Source: Octopus vulgaris (Eukaryota). From it: DNA of 64,000 nucleotides. Each line of letters starts with the position of its first letter. The first letter of the stretch is position 1. A model generated the notes under the pieces. It had not been told where the DNA came from. It worked only from the letters and a program-made list of their open reading frames with translations, and ran no database searches. The DNA is taken from contig OX597825.1 in assembly GCA_951406725.2 (NCBI GenBank), positions 19,406,001-19,470,000 of the forward strand, in the 5' to 3' direction. This document shows positions 40,431 to 55,044 of the stretch, piece after piece. The translations under genes and the position numbers were made by a program.

Positions 40431-40813
40431 GGAGGCGCAATGGCCCAGTGGTTAGGGCAGCGGACTCGCGGTCATAGGATCGCGGTTTCGATTCCCAGAC
40501 CGGGCGTTGTGAGTGTTTATTGAGCGAAAACACCTAAAACTCCACGAGGCTCCGGCAGGGGATGGTGGTGATCCCTGCTGTACTCTTTCACCACAAATTT
40601 CTCTCACTCTTACTTCCTGTTTCTGTTGTACCTGTATTTCAAAGGGCCGGCCTTGTCACTCTCTGTGTCACGCTGAATATCTCCGAGAACTACGTTAAGG
40701 GTATACGTGTCTGTGGAGTGCTCAGCCACTTACACGTTAATTTCACGAGCAGGCTGTTCCGTTGATTCGGATCAACCGGAACCCTCGTCGTCGTAACCGA
40801 CGGAGTGCTTCCC
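40431..40813 (+). mobile_element. SINE family C (tRNA-derived), intact, 14-bp TSD
   Basis: tggcccagtggttagg A box and ggtttcgattccc B box; TSD aaataaccaattgt at 40417-40430 and 40814-40827. Confidence 0.92.
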
Positions 40814-40929
40814 AAATAACCAATTGTTATGTGTAAGCTTTTGAATAATATCTTACATGACTGAAGAGAGACAAAGAGGTCAGACAACTGCAGCGTATCA
40901 ATATTTCCTTGTCTCTATGAATTGATTGT

Positions 40930-41280
40930 TTTGTGAGCACACATGATGTGAGGACCTTTTTCCGATGATGAAATCCAACAGTGATTTCCCTGCTCGCATT
41001 CGACTGTGTCTAAACTTCTTAAGTAAGAATGAGTACGGCATTGTTTTTGTATTCAATGCAATAGTCAACAAGACACTGAAGTCTTGAATAACTAATGCAT
41101 TTCAATGCATTTAATAGAAACGCCAGTAAATTTCGATTCTTTTGGTATGTTAGTAACATTCAGTTTGCCAAAATGGCGCCATTCGCTGTCACATGTAGAA
41201 GGTTTATTTATTGGAGGAGTACAATAGATCACTACTGCGTAACTGAACTTATTGAAGGCGAGCATTATTTGTGTCATAGC
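40930..41280 (+). pseudogene. Possible highly decayed hAT-like transposase fragment
   Basis: EDLFPMMKSNSDFPARIRL resembles LFxxMFPDSxIA; a downstream FRFFW-like patch; weak. Confidence 0.3.
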
Positions 41281-41420
41281 TTTTCTTTTTAATATGCTTG
41301 TTTCATTTGTTCAAGATTTTGATTAAAAATATAAAAGTATTTCATTGAAGAGCCAAGGATATGATTACGTTCATCATAAAATATAACCATGTTATATATG
41401 TGTGTATGTGTGTGTATATG

Positions 41421-41490
<70 letters not shown>

Positions 41491-41530
41491 AATAAATATA
41501 TATATGTGCATATATACATATATGTTTATG

Positions 41531-41577
<47 letters not shown>

Positions 41578-43261
41578 TGATAGATGAAACTGATCATTTC
41601 TAGAAACTATTTTTAACACCTAATCAATGAGTTAATCAAAAGAAACCCTACCATATCTTCAAAACGTGTCAGGTTAGACAAGAACAAATTTTATGATAGT
41701 GCAACTTATGAATTACATTATATATAATATCTTCGGAAATACATGTGTCTACCAAGTTTCTATACATGTCTGTGCATGTTTTCATCTATCTATTTATCTA
41801 TCTATCTATCTATCTATTTATCACCGAACTGAAAGTTACGTGCGAAGAAAATATAAAGCTCACGAGAGAGATCATAGTGAATAGAAGGAGCTGGTAGAAC
41901 AGAGTAGAAAGTAAGACTGTCGTGCCAGACGCTAGGATATTCAGTCTGACTGGTCTTGGATTCACCGTTGCAGCAAAAAGTTTTGAGACGAACATTCCCG
42001 CTTGAAAGCTGCAGAAAAAATGCTGCGATGTGGTTTTGATAAAGCGTACAGTTTCTGGAATACTAGCTAATACTTTATCAAGTCGGCGAAGTTGCCTCTC
42101 GTTATACCTTTGAAACGTTAAGATGACTTTGCCTAGATTCCTACTTGGAACATAAAGATCTGGAAAGAAATCCTTTGGTGTATTCCGTAGAAAGCGCTAA
42201 CGATTCAGAAAGAACAAAGTAATGTCGTAGAAAGGGAGTTTATTGAAACTATTCATCTGAGGAGTCTGATTAACTTTAATCTAATATCACTGATAAACTT
42301 TATTATCTACATAAAAATTTAGATGATATTAACTTTATCTCGATTATGCAAACCAAATTTCGATCGACAAATATTTATTTGTCTGACGAAATATGTTTGT
42401 TTTCCATATATGTGCCTCATTTTTCTCACCAACACAACTCCTTACTTCCTAGTAGAATGCATTACACGAACTACAATGGACTATTAATGTTGAGAATAAC
42501 ATTGGATTAACTGTTAATGCTGTATTGTTCTCCTACATACGTTAAACGATTTCATCTGTTACATCGAAAATAACAAGTAATTTGATAAATAGTTTTACAT
42601 TTTTAATATTTCATATTAGTTTAAATCTTCACAAATCCATCTTAGTTCAGCTTCTGCAAGTATTCAATATATACGAAATCTAGTATTTATCACATCAGTT
42701 TTTACTAACACACGCAGCTAAGTTTGTTTGTAACGCCGTGAAACATAGAACAGTTGTTTATTTTGGAAGTTACCCAACATGGCGACAGCGTGTTGTTTAG
42801 AAGTTGTTATAACTGAAGACTTAATGAGAAAAATGAGCTTAAGGATATATCAGTCTGCAAATCTATGTGGTAACGTCACTTCAAACAATTCTGATATGCT
42901 CTTTGATTCAAAACATCAACTATATTCCTCGTTAAAATATGTTTCCTATAATCAGTTTATTACAGCCTTAACTAATAACGAGCAACCATGTTTTTTCTTT
43001 ACTTAAGTATTCTCCTTGTATATCGTCTGTAAGAGAAACACTTTGAAGTCAATAATCTTAGTATAAGCGACATTTTTAAACTGTTGGAAATTCTTAGTTA
43101 ACAGGCTATTACCCGTATACGCGTGGTTAATAAGCTAATGCTGTTGTATAATTGAGATTTGTACCAGATGCTATTGGCAGATATATATATAACATTATGT
43201 GTAGGTGTATATGTGTGTGAGTGTGTATGTGTATTCATTGCAGATATATATATATATATAT

Positions 43262-43586
43262 ATCGATTTTGGATTTGGTTTGCAAGATTCTTTATGTGAG
43301 TTCGTATGTTGAAGCATATTCTGTTGTGTCTGGGGAGAGTCATTTTCTTTTTGTGCATTATAATTTAACACACTCACCGGTAAAAATTCCATTTAACTCT
43401 AATTTTTTATTTTCTTAAAATTTTCGTTGTGTCTTGCAACCATTTCATTAGTCTTGAATACTGAAAATGTTGCAAGACACAATGAAAATTTTAGGAAAAT
43501 AAAAATAAGAAATAAGTGGAAATTTTATCGGTGAGTGTGTTAAATTGTAAGACACAAAAAGAAAATGACTCACCCCAGACACAACA

Positions 43587-43587
<1 letters not shown>
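43262..43587. mobile_element. (TA)n-flanked PLE-like foldback with ~125-bp inverted arms
   Basis: ctgttgtgtctggggagagtcattttc...(43321-43450) vs ...gaaaatgactcaccccagacacaacag (43460-43587). Confidence 0.8.
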
Positions 43588-43666
<79 letters not shown>

Positions 43667-43919
43667 CATGGCATGGCTAATTGAAAAAGAATTGAAACTG
43701 TCTCTGTATGATGAAGAGCAATGAAAGTAAAATGTTTTAAACATACACAGATGGCTTTGCGAAACACGATTAAAGTTTTAAAAATGGTAGTGCTGCAATA
43801 GGGAAAATATACTTATATCTGCGGACAGGTTTTGAGTGCGAACTCGTGAGCAGGTCTGAGTGCATCTATTATATATGGAGAGATACAGATGTAACTATAC
43901 ACTCACAAACACACACACT

Positions 43920-43985
<66 letters not shown>

Positions 43986-44011
43986 CATATATACACACAC
44001 ATATATATGTA

Positions 44012-44044
<33 letters not shown>

Positions 44045-44149
44045 GTGTGTGTGTGTGTGTATGTATCTATGCATGTGCAGCATAGCACGCATGCAATACA
44101 CACGCATATATAAGTATGCGTGCGTGTGTGTGTGTGTGCGTATATATAC

Positions 44150-44254
<105 letters not shown>

Positions 44255-44375
44255 ATTTAGATATATGCTCCTTTAAAAAGAAAAAAAAGATCATCCGCTC
44301 GTTTTTAAAAAAGAAAACTCTTGCTCCACTTAAATCACATCGTAAATCGTCCTATACATATATCTGAAAGATATT

Positions 44376-44401
44376 TAATAATAGTAATAATAATAATAAT
44401 G

Positions 44402-44492
<91 letters not shown>

Positions 44493-44732
44493 AAACAACA
44501 ACAAGAACAAGAACAAGAACAAGAAGAAGAAGAAGAAGAAGGAAGAGGGGAGAAGAAGAAGAAGAAGAAGAAGAAGAAGAAGAAGAAGAAGAAGAAGAAG
44601 AAGAAGAAGAAGAAGAAGAAGAAGAAGAAGAAGAAGAAGAAGAAGAAGAAGAAGAAGAAGAAGAAGAAGAAGAAGAAGAAGAAGAAGAAGAAGAAGAAGA
44701 AGAAGAAGAAGAAGAAGAAGAAGAAGAAGAAG
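44376..44732. repeat. Compound microsatellite (TAA)n-(CAA)n-(CAAGAA)n-(GAA)n
   Basis: Directly visible. Confidence 0.97.
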
Positions 44733-45533
44733 ATTTTGATAATGTCGTAATTCATGTTTGTATTAATGTATCTATTTTCCACCCTGTATTTCAGAAACTT
44801 CAAAGATCGTTCGCTTGTAATAGATGTTTTTTTTTTTTTTTACATATATATATATATATATCTTTTTTTCATAGACTCAAGTAACACTGAATTGCATAGT
44901 TGGACCAGCGAAATGATTTCGGTTTATGTGTTGAAGAACTTAAGTACTTAACGCCCCAAGGGTACACGTGAAAATATTTGATCTCTCCACGACTTTTCTA
45001 GTAGCTACGTTAGAACGGAGGGAAAATAATGATTGACGTAAGAAATATAAAAATGTTTCATAACACGAGGTTTATTTATGTTTTTATATATCGATTTCCT
45101 ATTTCATAGATTTATTTATTATTCAATGTACGTATTTACATATCACATTATCGTACTTGTACTTTTCTTCTTTTTTTATTCAGGATATTACCAGCATTTC
45201 AACATGGCTGCTTCCTGAGCCCAATATAATTGTCTTCAATGCTATTGTTGACATAACTTCTTAAAAGCCAGTAAGTGCAAACGAAAGTGTTGAGACCGAT
45301 TCAGAATAATTCTTTACACACGAGGTTGTGTGTACGCAAGCATTGAATACTACATACATACATCCATACATACATACACACGCACACACATAAGCATGTG
45401 TGTGTGTGTTTGTTCGTGAGTATGTATTGTATATATATATGTGTGTGTGTGTGTATGTGTGTGTGCGTGTATGTGTGTGTGTATTGTATGTGTATGTATA
45501 TATACATATTTATATATACAAGCATACAGGGAT

Positions 45534-45581
<48 letters not shown>

Positions 45582-45673
45582 ATTTATATATATATATATA
45601 TACATATTTATGTATATATATATTTATATATATATGTAAATATATATATTTATATATGTATTTATATATATGC

Positions 45674-45729
<56 letters not shown>

Positions 45730-46464
45730 TTGAATACACACATACGCATACAAACACACATATTCAGACGCGCACTCTTGTCACTTTTACCTGTGTGTGT
45801 ATTTCTGTATATGCGTGTATAAATCCTCAAATGTGAATGCGTATGACGTTTTGAGTGTGCATTTACTTTACTCGTATCTGTGTACAGATGAACGCATCAC
45901 CCAATGTTTGTTTCTCTCTGTGTGTGCGCATGGTTGCAAGCGTGCGTGTTTCTCCTTATGATAAGCTAATATTTTGTATGATAAGCGAATATTTTGTATT
46001 TTGCTCAAATGATATATATTTTGACGTAATTCTCCTACGAAGAATTGGAGCCGCATAAGTTACCGTTACATACATTTTTAATAGTATATTTACAATTTCA
46101 TATACACATGGCTCCTATGTATAAAATATTGAAACATGATTATTTATACTATTTTAAACAAAAGGAAGTTCTTTAATATATGCATGGATTTATGTTTCTA
46201 GAAATGTGCAATATTTTATTAGTTGATGTTATTTCGCCTTCATTTGTATCATGAACATTTCTATCCACCGTGATGTTATATGAGTGGGTATCTCCCAAGT
46301 TATTTTACAGGGCTTAGAACTACAGGGCTGCCGCAATAAGTGTGTGTATCTGAGAGGTTAATATGTTGAATATAACCAACATTAACTGATCCTGAATTTT
46401 CGGTTACCCAAAGCCAGGAAATTTTCAGCACTCCCTCGAAAAAACTCCAAATGAAATAAACATA

Positions 46465-46649
46465 GGCGTAGGAGTGGCTGTGTGGTAAGTAGCTTGCTTA
46501 CCAACCACATGGTTCCGGGTTCAGTCCCACTGCGTGGCACCTTGCGCAAGTGTATTCTGCTAAAGCCCCGGGCCGACCAATGCCTTGCGAGTGGATTTGG
46601 TAGACGGAAACTGAAAGAAGCCTGTCGTATATATATATATGTATATATG

Positions 46650-46738
<89 letters not shown>

Positions 46739-46969
46739 GTATGTATGTGTGTGTATATGTTTGTGTGTCTGTGTTTGTCCCCCTAGCATAGCTTGACAAC
46801 CGATGCTGGTGTGTTTACGTCCCCGTCACTTAGCTGTTCGGCAAAAGAGACCGATAGCATAAGTACTGGGCTTACAAAGAATAAGTCCCAGGGTCGATTT
46901 GCTCGACCAAAGGCGGTGCTATAGCATGGCCGCAGTCAAATGACTGAAACAAGTAAAAGAGTAAAAGAG
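46465..46969 (+). mobile_element. SINE family A with expanded internal (TA)n
   Basis: Full-length copy; internal microsatellite ~46628-46765. Confidence 0.93.
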
Positions 46970-49239
46970 TAATGAGTATATATTAGACTTTAGGAGCAAA
47001 TTATAGAGAACTTTCTATTCTACCATTGAGCTTTTGTTGGCGAAACCAGTGTAAAGAGTTACCTATACTGGGAATCAGCAACATAAGGGAAGAGTTGACT
47101 CAAAATAGTGAGCTGGCAGAATTATTAGACACTCAAGTAGTATTGCTTTATACTAAGTCAAAATTATAAAGGCAATTGGTATAGCACTGCAAAACATTTG
47201 TCTTTTGTCATTGTTCACCATAAAAATTTTTTCTCATTTTGAAATATTATTTCAAAATGTGAAATCTAAAATTTGTTCTTAACTTAGAAAAATAGACTTA
47301 AAAATCAACTGGTTAGGGGAAACCGAAAGATCAATGAATGATTTCTTGTTGAACTATTTAGCGTTATTTGAAATATAAAATATTAATCTTTACCTAACTT
47401 TTGATTCAATTTAATTCAGTTACTTTTCAAAATGACTTGTTATGCTTTAAAGCAACTAAGAAATTTCCCGATATTTTTTTGTTCTATTATTATTGTAATC
47501 AATTTGACTATTATCATTGTAATCAATTTGGCAAGTCCAAGTTAGATTCAGTCTTATTAATCCTCTTCAGTAAAACATGGACTCCATCAAAGTTACTAAA
47601 GTAATAATAAGCGAGCCACTAATTACATACGTTACATTGCATATTAACCGGTGTGAACAATTAGCAGATATAAAGAATAGAATCGCAGCTTAATAAATCC
47701 TCATCGTCAATATTTTACGCAGGCTTTTCCAAACTGGCAGGGGTTAGAGGGGGTTTGGGACGTGGTGCTTGGCGGTATTATGCGTCCGGATATTCTTCTT
47801 GTAGCCAACCATGTCGTTGCCCCTTTATAATATGCAGCAACACAATATACCCTATTATGAAAATGGAACACGCGCAGCATAGACAGGTTATATACTCAAA
47901 GATGCCTTGATACACAAAAGCACACTAACAAACGCATGCGTCTTCTTAATATGCTAAGTTATGATTTCATAGGAATTTGGTTGCTATTTCTGGCAGATCG
48001 GTTGAACGATTTTTTTTCTCTTTAGCGTTTTTTTTCTGCGTTCAGTTTGAAAACTAAATTCACTTTCGTTTAACAAGTGCCCCCTGTACGGTAATTTAGA
48101 ATAATGTTAAATTGAACAACAACTCACAAAGATTTAGATTTTTAATAAAGTCAACCCGTGAATCATTCGTAATAAATGTAAGAGGATTAACTTTCTAGCA
48201 TTTCATCATTCTAGTGTATCTGTGAGTAGAGTGCTGATGTCTCGCATCTGTGGACAATTGATGCACGCTTTATACGTCGAAGCCTCAATAATGTCTAATT
48301 CATCGACCCAAAATGGCTAATGGACATGTTTCTTTTTTAAAATACCCAATAAAATATTCCTCTGCTATCAAAAATTTAATCGCCAATTTTCACGCAGAAT
48401 GATTTTCAAATAAAAAATAATATTTTATTTCGGAATTATTTTCATTTATAATTTTATTCCGTCAGATTTCAATTTAGAAAAATACGATTCTTCTCCTGCT
48501 GAATCTAATTTTTAAAAATTTTTATTTTCTTTTAAAAAATTACTTTAGTTTGATGTTAGAATGAATTGATTTTTTACAATCTTGTAAAATAAGTTAGTGA
48601 AATAGGATGGGGAAAGTGACGACTATTGAGGTCGGAATTCATGAGTTGGTACATTGTCTCCAACTTGTTGCTCTTCTTTTGCAAGCCATTGAAATCATTC
48701 TCGAAGGTGCTCTGTAAGAAAACGAGCAAGATTACGATTTTAAGACGAATTCTGTGGTAACAAGCATCGAAGGTGTAACAGAGAGTGGAAAAATTTAAAT
48801 CCTGTTGTTTCTTCGAAGTTTACATTATGCGACCCACATTCAAAATGGAATTAGTTTTCTAATAATATATCTGCACGCATATAACTATATCGGGATCATA
48901 CAACTGATATGTTGGGTGGTCATCCACCGCATGTTACTGCAAAACCCAGTCAACACAAATCACCTAGCCAGTCCACGACTTATTTCCTCATAGACTGTAA
49001 CATTATGAGCTGGTACACCAGGAGATTGCATAACTGAGAGAAAAATTTACATAAAAAGTAAAAGCAGCTCTAGTGTAATGAATACTATGAAATACATATA
49101 CTAATGTATATGCTTTGTGTATTTTCCGCCGGCTGCAGTGTCGTATCGGAGCAACGCTCTTCTTCAGAAACAGGAGACAGAGCAAAGTCCAAGAGAAAAG
49201 GAAGACGGAGGGAAAAGATGGCCAGCGATTCACATGTGG

Positions 49240-49318
<79 letters not shown>

Positions 49319-49324
49319 TATATA

Positions 49325-49433
49325 TAAATATGACGGGTTTCTTTCAGACTCCTTCTGCTAAATCCATTCACACGGACTTAGTCAGCCCTAGGCTATAGTA
49401 GAAGACACTTGCTTATGGCGCCATGCAGTGGGA
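49325..49433 (-). mobile_element. SINE family A fragment
   Basis: gacgggtttctttcag...gctatagtagaagacacttgc. Confidence 0.75.
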
Positions 49434-50612
49434 TATCTTGACCTCATCATTTACCTTCAGTATTTCACGTATTTTCGACGATCTTTGTAATGGCAATCTT
49501 CATGATTATATCAATCGTTCATGTTCTCTTCTCTCCTTCAAGCTTCTCTTTATATAAATTCTGGAAAATATTATCTATGTATTCAGGAATGGTCATTTTG
49601 CCAGTTTAGCCAATAAAAATCTTCCAAAACAAATAAATAAACGTAATTATCTATGTAGATATCTTTTAAGTATATAAAATAATTTTATGTACATACGCAC
49701 ATCTCCCTTTAGTACTAACCCTCATTAGCTGGCAGTCACAATTAAGGTATGTTTTTGTTTTGTTTTGTCTTCTTTTACTTCGATTCCTAAGAGTTTATTT
49801 CGTTTGCAGTGGCGGACAAATGCGAGTTGTATAAAAGACAGGTCGGACAGACATGTTTGCACGTAATGACTTTGTACGTAGAGAAGTATATAAGAGAAGT
49901 TTGTCAAGATTCTGTAAATTACTACGCTTTATCTCTCAACAAATAGATTTTTTAAACCGTTGCATACAAATATAGCAGTAACAAAAACAAAATGAACACC
50001 GGGAGTGAATGCATATTTCATAGTTTACGAAAACTGAATTGCGTAATAGACAGCAGGAGATTTGAGATTTCTTCACTGAAAAAAAAAACACAATTATTTT
50101 TTATCATATTTAATTAGGCAAAACCTTATTCTAGACAAGATGCTTTTGTTAAAAAGGAATCAATTAGTCCTAGAAATGTATGCCATTCATAATACGTTAA
50201 TAATACACATTCTAAAATTTCACAACCCAATCGGTATTTCTTCCTGAATTTAGACAAGTTCGATATTTTGCAGAATCTAAAATATTTGAATATTGAAAAA
50301 AAGCTCGGTAACGATAAATATATCAATAACTTATAACTTACAAAGAAAAACAAATCGATAACACGAAGAAAACGGTATAGGATTATTGATTGTATTATTT
50401 TTCCTTAAATATATTTTACAATGTCACAGTCTATAACGACTATAGAAATATTTTATAAGAAATTGGCACTATTATGTGAGCATTGTTATATGCCAAGTAA
50501 CTGAAGGTTTAATGTTATTTAAAGAAGATTTACAGACATTTGTACATAAGAAAAAATATACGTGCATAAACACACAACTATATACATCCGCACAAGTACG
50601 CCCACTCACACA

Positions 50613-50655
<43 letters not shown>

Positions 50656-50668
50656 TTGTGTGAGTGTA

Positions 50669-50725
<57 letters not shown>

Positions 50726-50728
<3 letters not shown>

Positions 50729-50940
50729 CTCTTTTACTTATTTCAGTCATTTGACTGCGACCATGCTGGAGCACCGCTTTCAGTCGAGCAAATCGACCGC
50801 AGGGCTTATTCTTTGTGAGCTTAGTACTTATCATATCGGTCTCTTTTGCCGAACCGCTAACTTACGTGGACGTAAACACACCAGCATCTGTTGTCAAGCG
50901 ATGTTGGCGGACAAACACAGACGCACAAACACAAACACAT

Positions 50941-51029
<89 letters not shown>

Positions 51030-51041
51030 TACATATATACA

Positions 51042-51075
<34 letters not shown>

Positions 51076-51213
51076 CATACATACATACATACATACATAC
51101 ATAAATACATAGATACATATATACGACGGGCTTCTTTAACTTTCCTTCTACAAAATCCACTCACAAGTCTTTGGTCTGCCCGAGACTATAGTAGAAGACA
51201 CTTTTCCAAGGTC
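50726..51213 (-). mobile_element. SINE family A (head missing) with expanded (TA)/(TACA) tract
   Basis: Tail and body match family A; internal microsatellite ~50925-51122. Confidence 0.88.
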
Positions 51214-52859
51214 CATGAACAATGTCTTTTTCTAAGTGCTACATTATTTATTATATGAATTAAAAGCATATGGCTTATATATTACATATACATTAGATAC
51301 AGAAATTCGTGCAAAATATACAACAGCAAACACACCAGCTAACGCGGTTAACCTCTTCTTTACTATGTAGTCGAACATCAGAAAGTGAGCGCAACAGAAT
51401 AATTGTTACAAGAAATATAGAGGTGTTTTTATTACAACAATGGTTCACAATTTTGAGTAGCATCTATATTTATAAGTAAACTACTCCATTACTTTGAATA
51501 ATACTAATATTTCTCCAAACCTATTGAACAAAAAATTACTATGCAACGAAATAAAGTAAATAATCCAGAGAAAGGAATTGTTTCTCAAAATACACATGTA
51601 GAGAACAGATGCAGATTTTGCTTTGGATTCCTCCTATGCCTGATAATAAGAATTGATAAATATTTTCTTGTCTCTGTGTGAATTAAAATGATACAAATAC
51701 GTGTACGTCATATTCCAAAGTCTCTGGGGTTTCAGTGTAAACACAGTTATATGAAAGCGACACCTGAGGAGCCTGGAAAAGTTTGTCTACAAAATCGCGA
51801 TTTAATAAAAGTATAGGGTTGATTAAAATATATAAAAATCTGGAATGAAAGGAAAATTTTCAAATATACGAGGCTGCTATTCAATGTTTTTTCCACAAAT
51901 TTTAGTTAATACGGATTTATGTATTTAGAGAAAGCTAAAATATCCACATATATATGTGGCATGGATCTCGTAAACAGATTACCAAATAGCTCTTTACTAC
52001 ACGGTATCTATTGGATGAGATGTTACAGTTCAAACGATTCAATCCGAATGACTGCCGGTGAAACGCATTGTTGCACCAATTTCAACTTCACATACTAAAT
52101 ACTTAAACGTGTGACAATAAAAGAATCAGTACGCGTCTCTTAACGCGCCAGCTAAAAATAGCAGTCGCACCACATTTGAATCACATAGTACAGTCTTAAT
52201 AAAATCAGCGGATAATGCAAACCGCAGAATGTTTGACGTAAATATAGAAAAACTGAATAATTGTGGTTTTGGGTTAATTTTCTGATATAGATCACGTTCG
52301 ATTAGAGATCACGTGTGCACAACCAATTACAAGTAATGGACAATATATAAGACACTGTACTGAACTGACCACTTAACAGATCAATTAAATTAATATTGGA
52401 TTACTACTGCTCATAGAAGGCAACTTATTTAATAGAATTTCACAGAACTAATAATCTACTTTGGCGGTCACACGAAAGAAGAAAATCATTAAAAACAAAA
52501 AAGGAATAAAGCGGGATAATTTTGGAATTATAAAAAACAAATCCTAACGTAGAAGCATTGAATTATAAACCACTGATATATGTATTTAGATTTTCAAATA
52601 TGCGAGTGAGTGGCCAAAGGAGATCGCTGCAAACACACACACATACATATATACATGCATGCACACACATACACGTACACACATACACATACACAGATAA
52701 TTATATATTATATTGTTGCATTTCGAGATGGTAATTTTCTTTTTTTACCTTTTTGCCAACTAAACACACGCACTATATTGCTTTTCACTCGTTTATTACT
52801 GTTTTTTCTCACTGTCCTGTTCTTGTTACCTCTTTCACCCTGCGCAAAAAATCCCATTT

Positions 52860-53090
52860 TTATTTAATTTGCTTTGCGGGAAGAATTGTTTCGAGGAAGT
52901 CGCGTATTGTCTTTCCCATCGCAACGCGGAGTAGATGAAACAGGGACAACTGAAGAAGGGGAATATTCTTTATGTTGCATGTCTCGTTTCTCTGTTGTTG
53001 TTTTTTTCGTTGTTCGAAGAAAAGTTTGTTTCTATGTTTTTGTTTTACGTTTTCGTTTATCATTGTGTTCAACGTTTTTTGATATCCTGT
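52860..53090 (+). mobile_element. Possible PLE-like terminal remnant
   Basis: gaaac...ctgaagaagggg followed by a T-rich 3' stretch and TA-rich flank; no complete hammerhead. Confidence 0.3.
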
Positions 53091-53231
53091 AGCCATATAT
53101 GCATGTATATATGCATATATATGTAGGTATGTACATATATGTATGTATATATGCATATAATTTATATATTATTTATATTATTATATGATCGAACGCCACG
53201 CATCTTTTCCAAGTATAAACATATATATATA

Positions 53232-53435
53232 TTGTCCGAAGTCAGGACGCCATGATAGATCGTTAGCTCCTACACACATTTTTCTCTCCTTGTTTTTTTC
53301 TGTGTATCTTTCTGTCGACGAGCGTAGGCTCGAAACGTAAAATACTTTTTCTATTCTTGAGCGCTATACGAATACATTTGTTTGTTTGTACTCCACCTGC
53401 CTTCGTCTTTTGTTTATTTTCGTAAACTTTGCCTT

Positions 53436-53437
<2 letters not shown>
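53232..53437 (+). mobile_element. PLE-like terminal element embedded in (TA)n
   Basis: TA tracts on both sides; homologous to 32703-32875; carries a hammerhead motif. Confidence 0.65.
53304..53345 (+). ncRNA. Minimal type I hammerhead ribozyme motif (variant core)
   Basis: GUAUCUUU-CUGUCGA-C-GAGC-GUAG-GCUC-GAAAC-GUA-AAAUAC; loopless palindromic stem III (ACGU); predicted cleavage after A53339. Confidence 0.6.
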
Positions 53438-53523
<86 letters not shown>

Positions 53524-54424
53524 AGGCAAAGGAAAAAGGAAATGTAATCACTTCAATAGAAGAATTTCTCCATCCTTAACAATTTCCTTCTATTAATTTA
53601 AAATATTTCGTTCTAGAGCCATATACATATCCGCGCCATATTTCAAGAGGCATACTTACCTTTCTACAGCGATATACTTAGCCTGATATTTGACAACAAC
53701 CTTTATTGGGATTTAATTTTCGAAATAAAAAGAAGAAAGTTCCCTGACTTTTCAGGACCTTCTCCATGTAACTTTCAAATATACTGAAGTAAGTCTGTAT
53801 CTTAAATGTCCAAAATCGTAAGCCCCACTCCATTTTATTCATACCTAGTGTTGCTTCATAAATTTAGAATCTCAGGAATTACAAATGGGAATGCATCCTG
53901 GAGAAAAGGACGTTTCAATTTACATTTATAATATCTAGTATACCCTAAATCTGTTACTAATTTGTCCATCAGCAAACTAAATGCCGTCACGTTCAGCAAA
54001 TTTCACTACTAAACATATTTTACCTTTTAATAGTTTTCAATTCTCTATAAATGGGTACGATGAAAGAGTTTGCGGTCAATATATGTAAAAAGGAATACGA
54101 TGCACGAACAGGAAATTGGTACAGATTATCATTGGAAAAAGTTCCAAAGACTTTCGAAATGAAATCCGTAGAATTGAAAACAAACACAAAATCTGAGAGA
54201 AGTCACAATAATAAAAACGGGGTCAGCCATCTGTATTTGCGTGCTCTGAATGCATACATACTTTAAAAGCCATGATGGAATTCATAAGGCAATTAAGAAT
54301 CTATGAAGAGTACAATGGGAGTGAAAACATCCTGAAAGCCAGACTCAAAGGATAACCATATCATCAACTCTTGATATTGTTGTTATTAGAATTAATTTTC
54401 TATCTCCTTATATATATATATATT

Positions 54425-54757
54425 GGCTCAGTGGTTAGAGCGTCGAGCTTACGATCGTGAGGTTGTGAGCTCGAATCCCGGACCGGGCTGCGTGTTGTGT
54501 TCTTGAGCAAGGCACTTTATTTCACGTTGCTCCAGTTCACTCAGCTGTAGAAATGAGTTGCGACGTCACTGGTGCCAAGCTGTATCGGCCCCTTTGCCTT
54601 TTCCCTTGGATAACACTGGTGGCGTGGAGAGGGGAGGCTGGTATGCATGGGCGACTGCTGGTCTTCCATAAACAACCTTGCCCGGACTTGTGTCTAGGAG
54701 GGTAACTTTCTAGGTGCAATCCCATGGTCATTCATGACCGAAGGGGGTCTTTACCCC
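54425..54757 (+). mobile_element. SINE family D (tRNA-derived head, conserved core, GC-rich 3' domain)
   Basis: tggctcagtggttagagc A box, gagctcgaatccc B-box-like, gtgttgtgttcttgagcaaggcacttta core. Confidence 0.85.
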
Positions 54758-54769
54758 TTTATATATTTA

Positions 54770-54816
<47 letters not shown>

Positions 54817-54967
54817 GCGAATTGCTAGTAATCACAAAGCATTGCTTTTTGTACCTATAATATATTAGCAAAGATATTAAAGGTTTATAAATCAATATTG
54901 TGTCAGACGTTTGTGCTAGCAGTGCCACATTATCCTTTAAAAATAATATCTGTTGAGATAAACATAG

Positions 54968-55044
<77 letters not shown>

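Noticed and set aside
40431-40505. tRNA-like sequence (also at 54425-54485 and the SINE A/B heads)
   Set aside because: Continues into SINE bodies, with TSDs at several copies; I could not fit a proper cloverleaf acceptor stem.
41965-42160. Short possible minus-strand exons (also micro-exon-like signals at ~53660 and ~57590)
   Set aside because: Splice consensus only; no coherent reading frame or domain.
48580-48712. Possible minus-strand exon (ttttcttacag|STFENDFNGLQKKSNKLE...)
   Set aside because: No recognisable homology or partner exons; splice-like signals are common by chance in AT-rich DNA.
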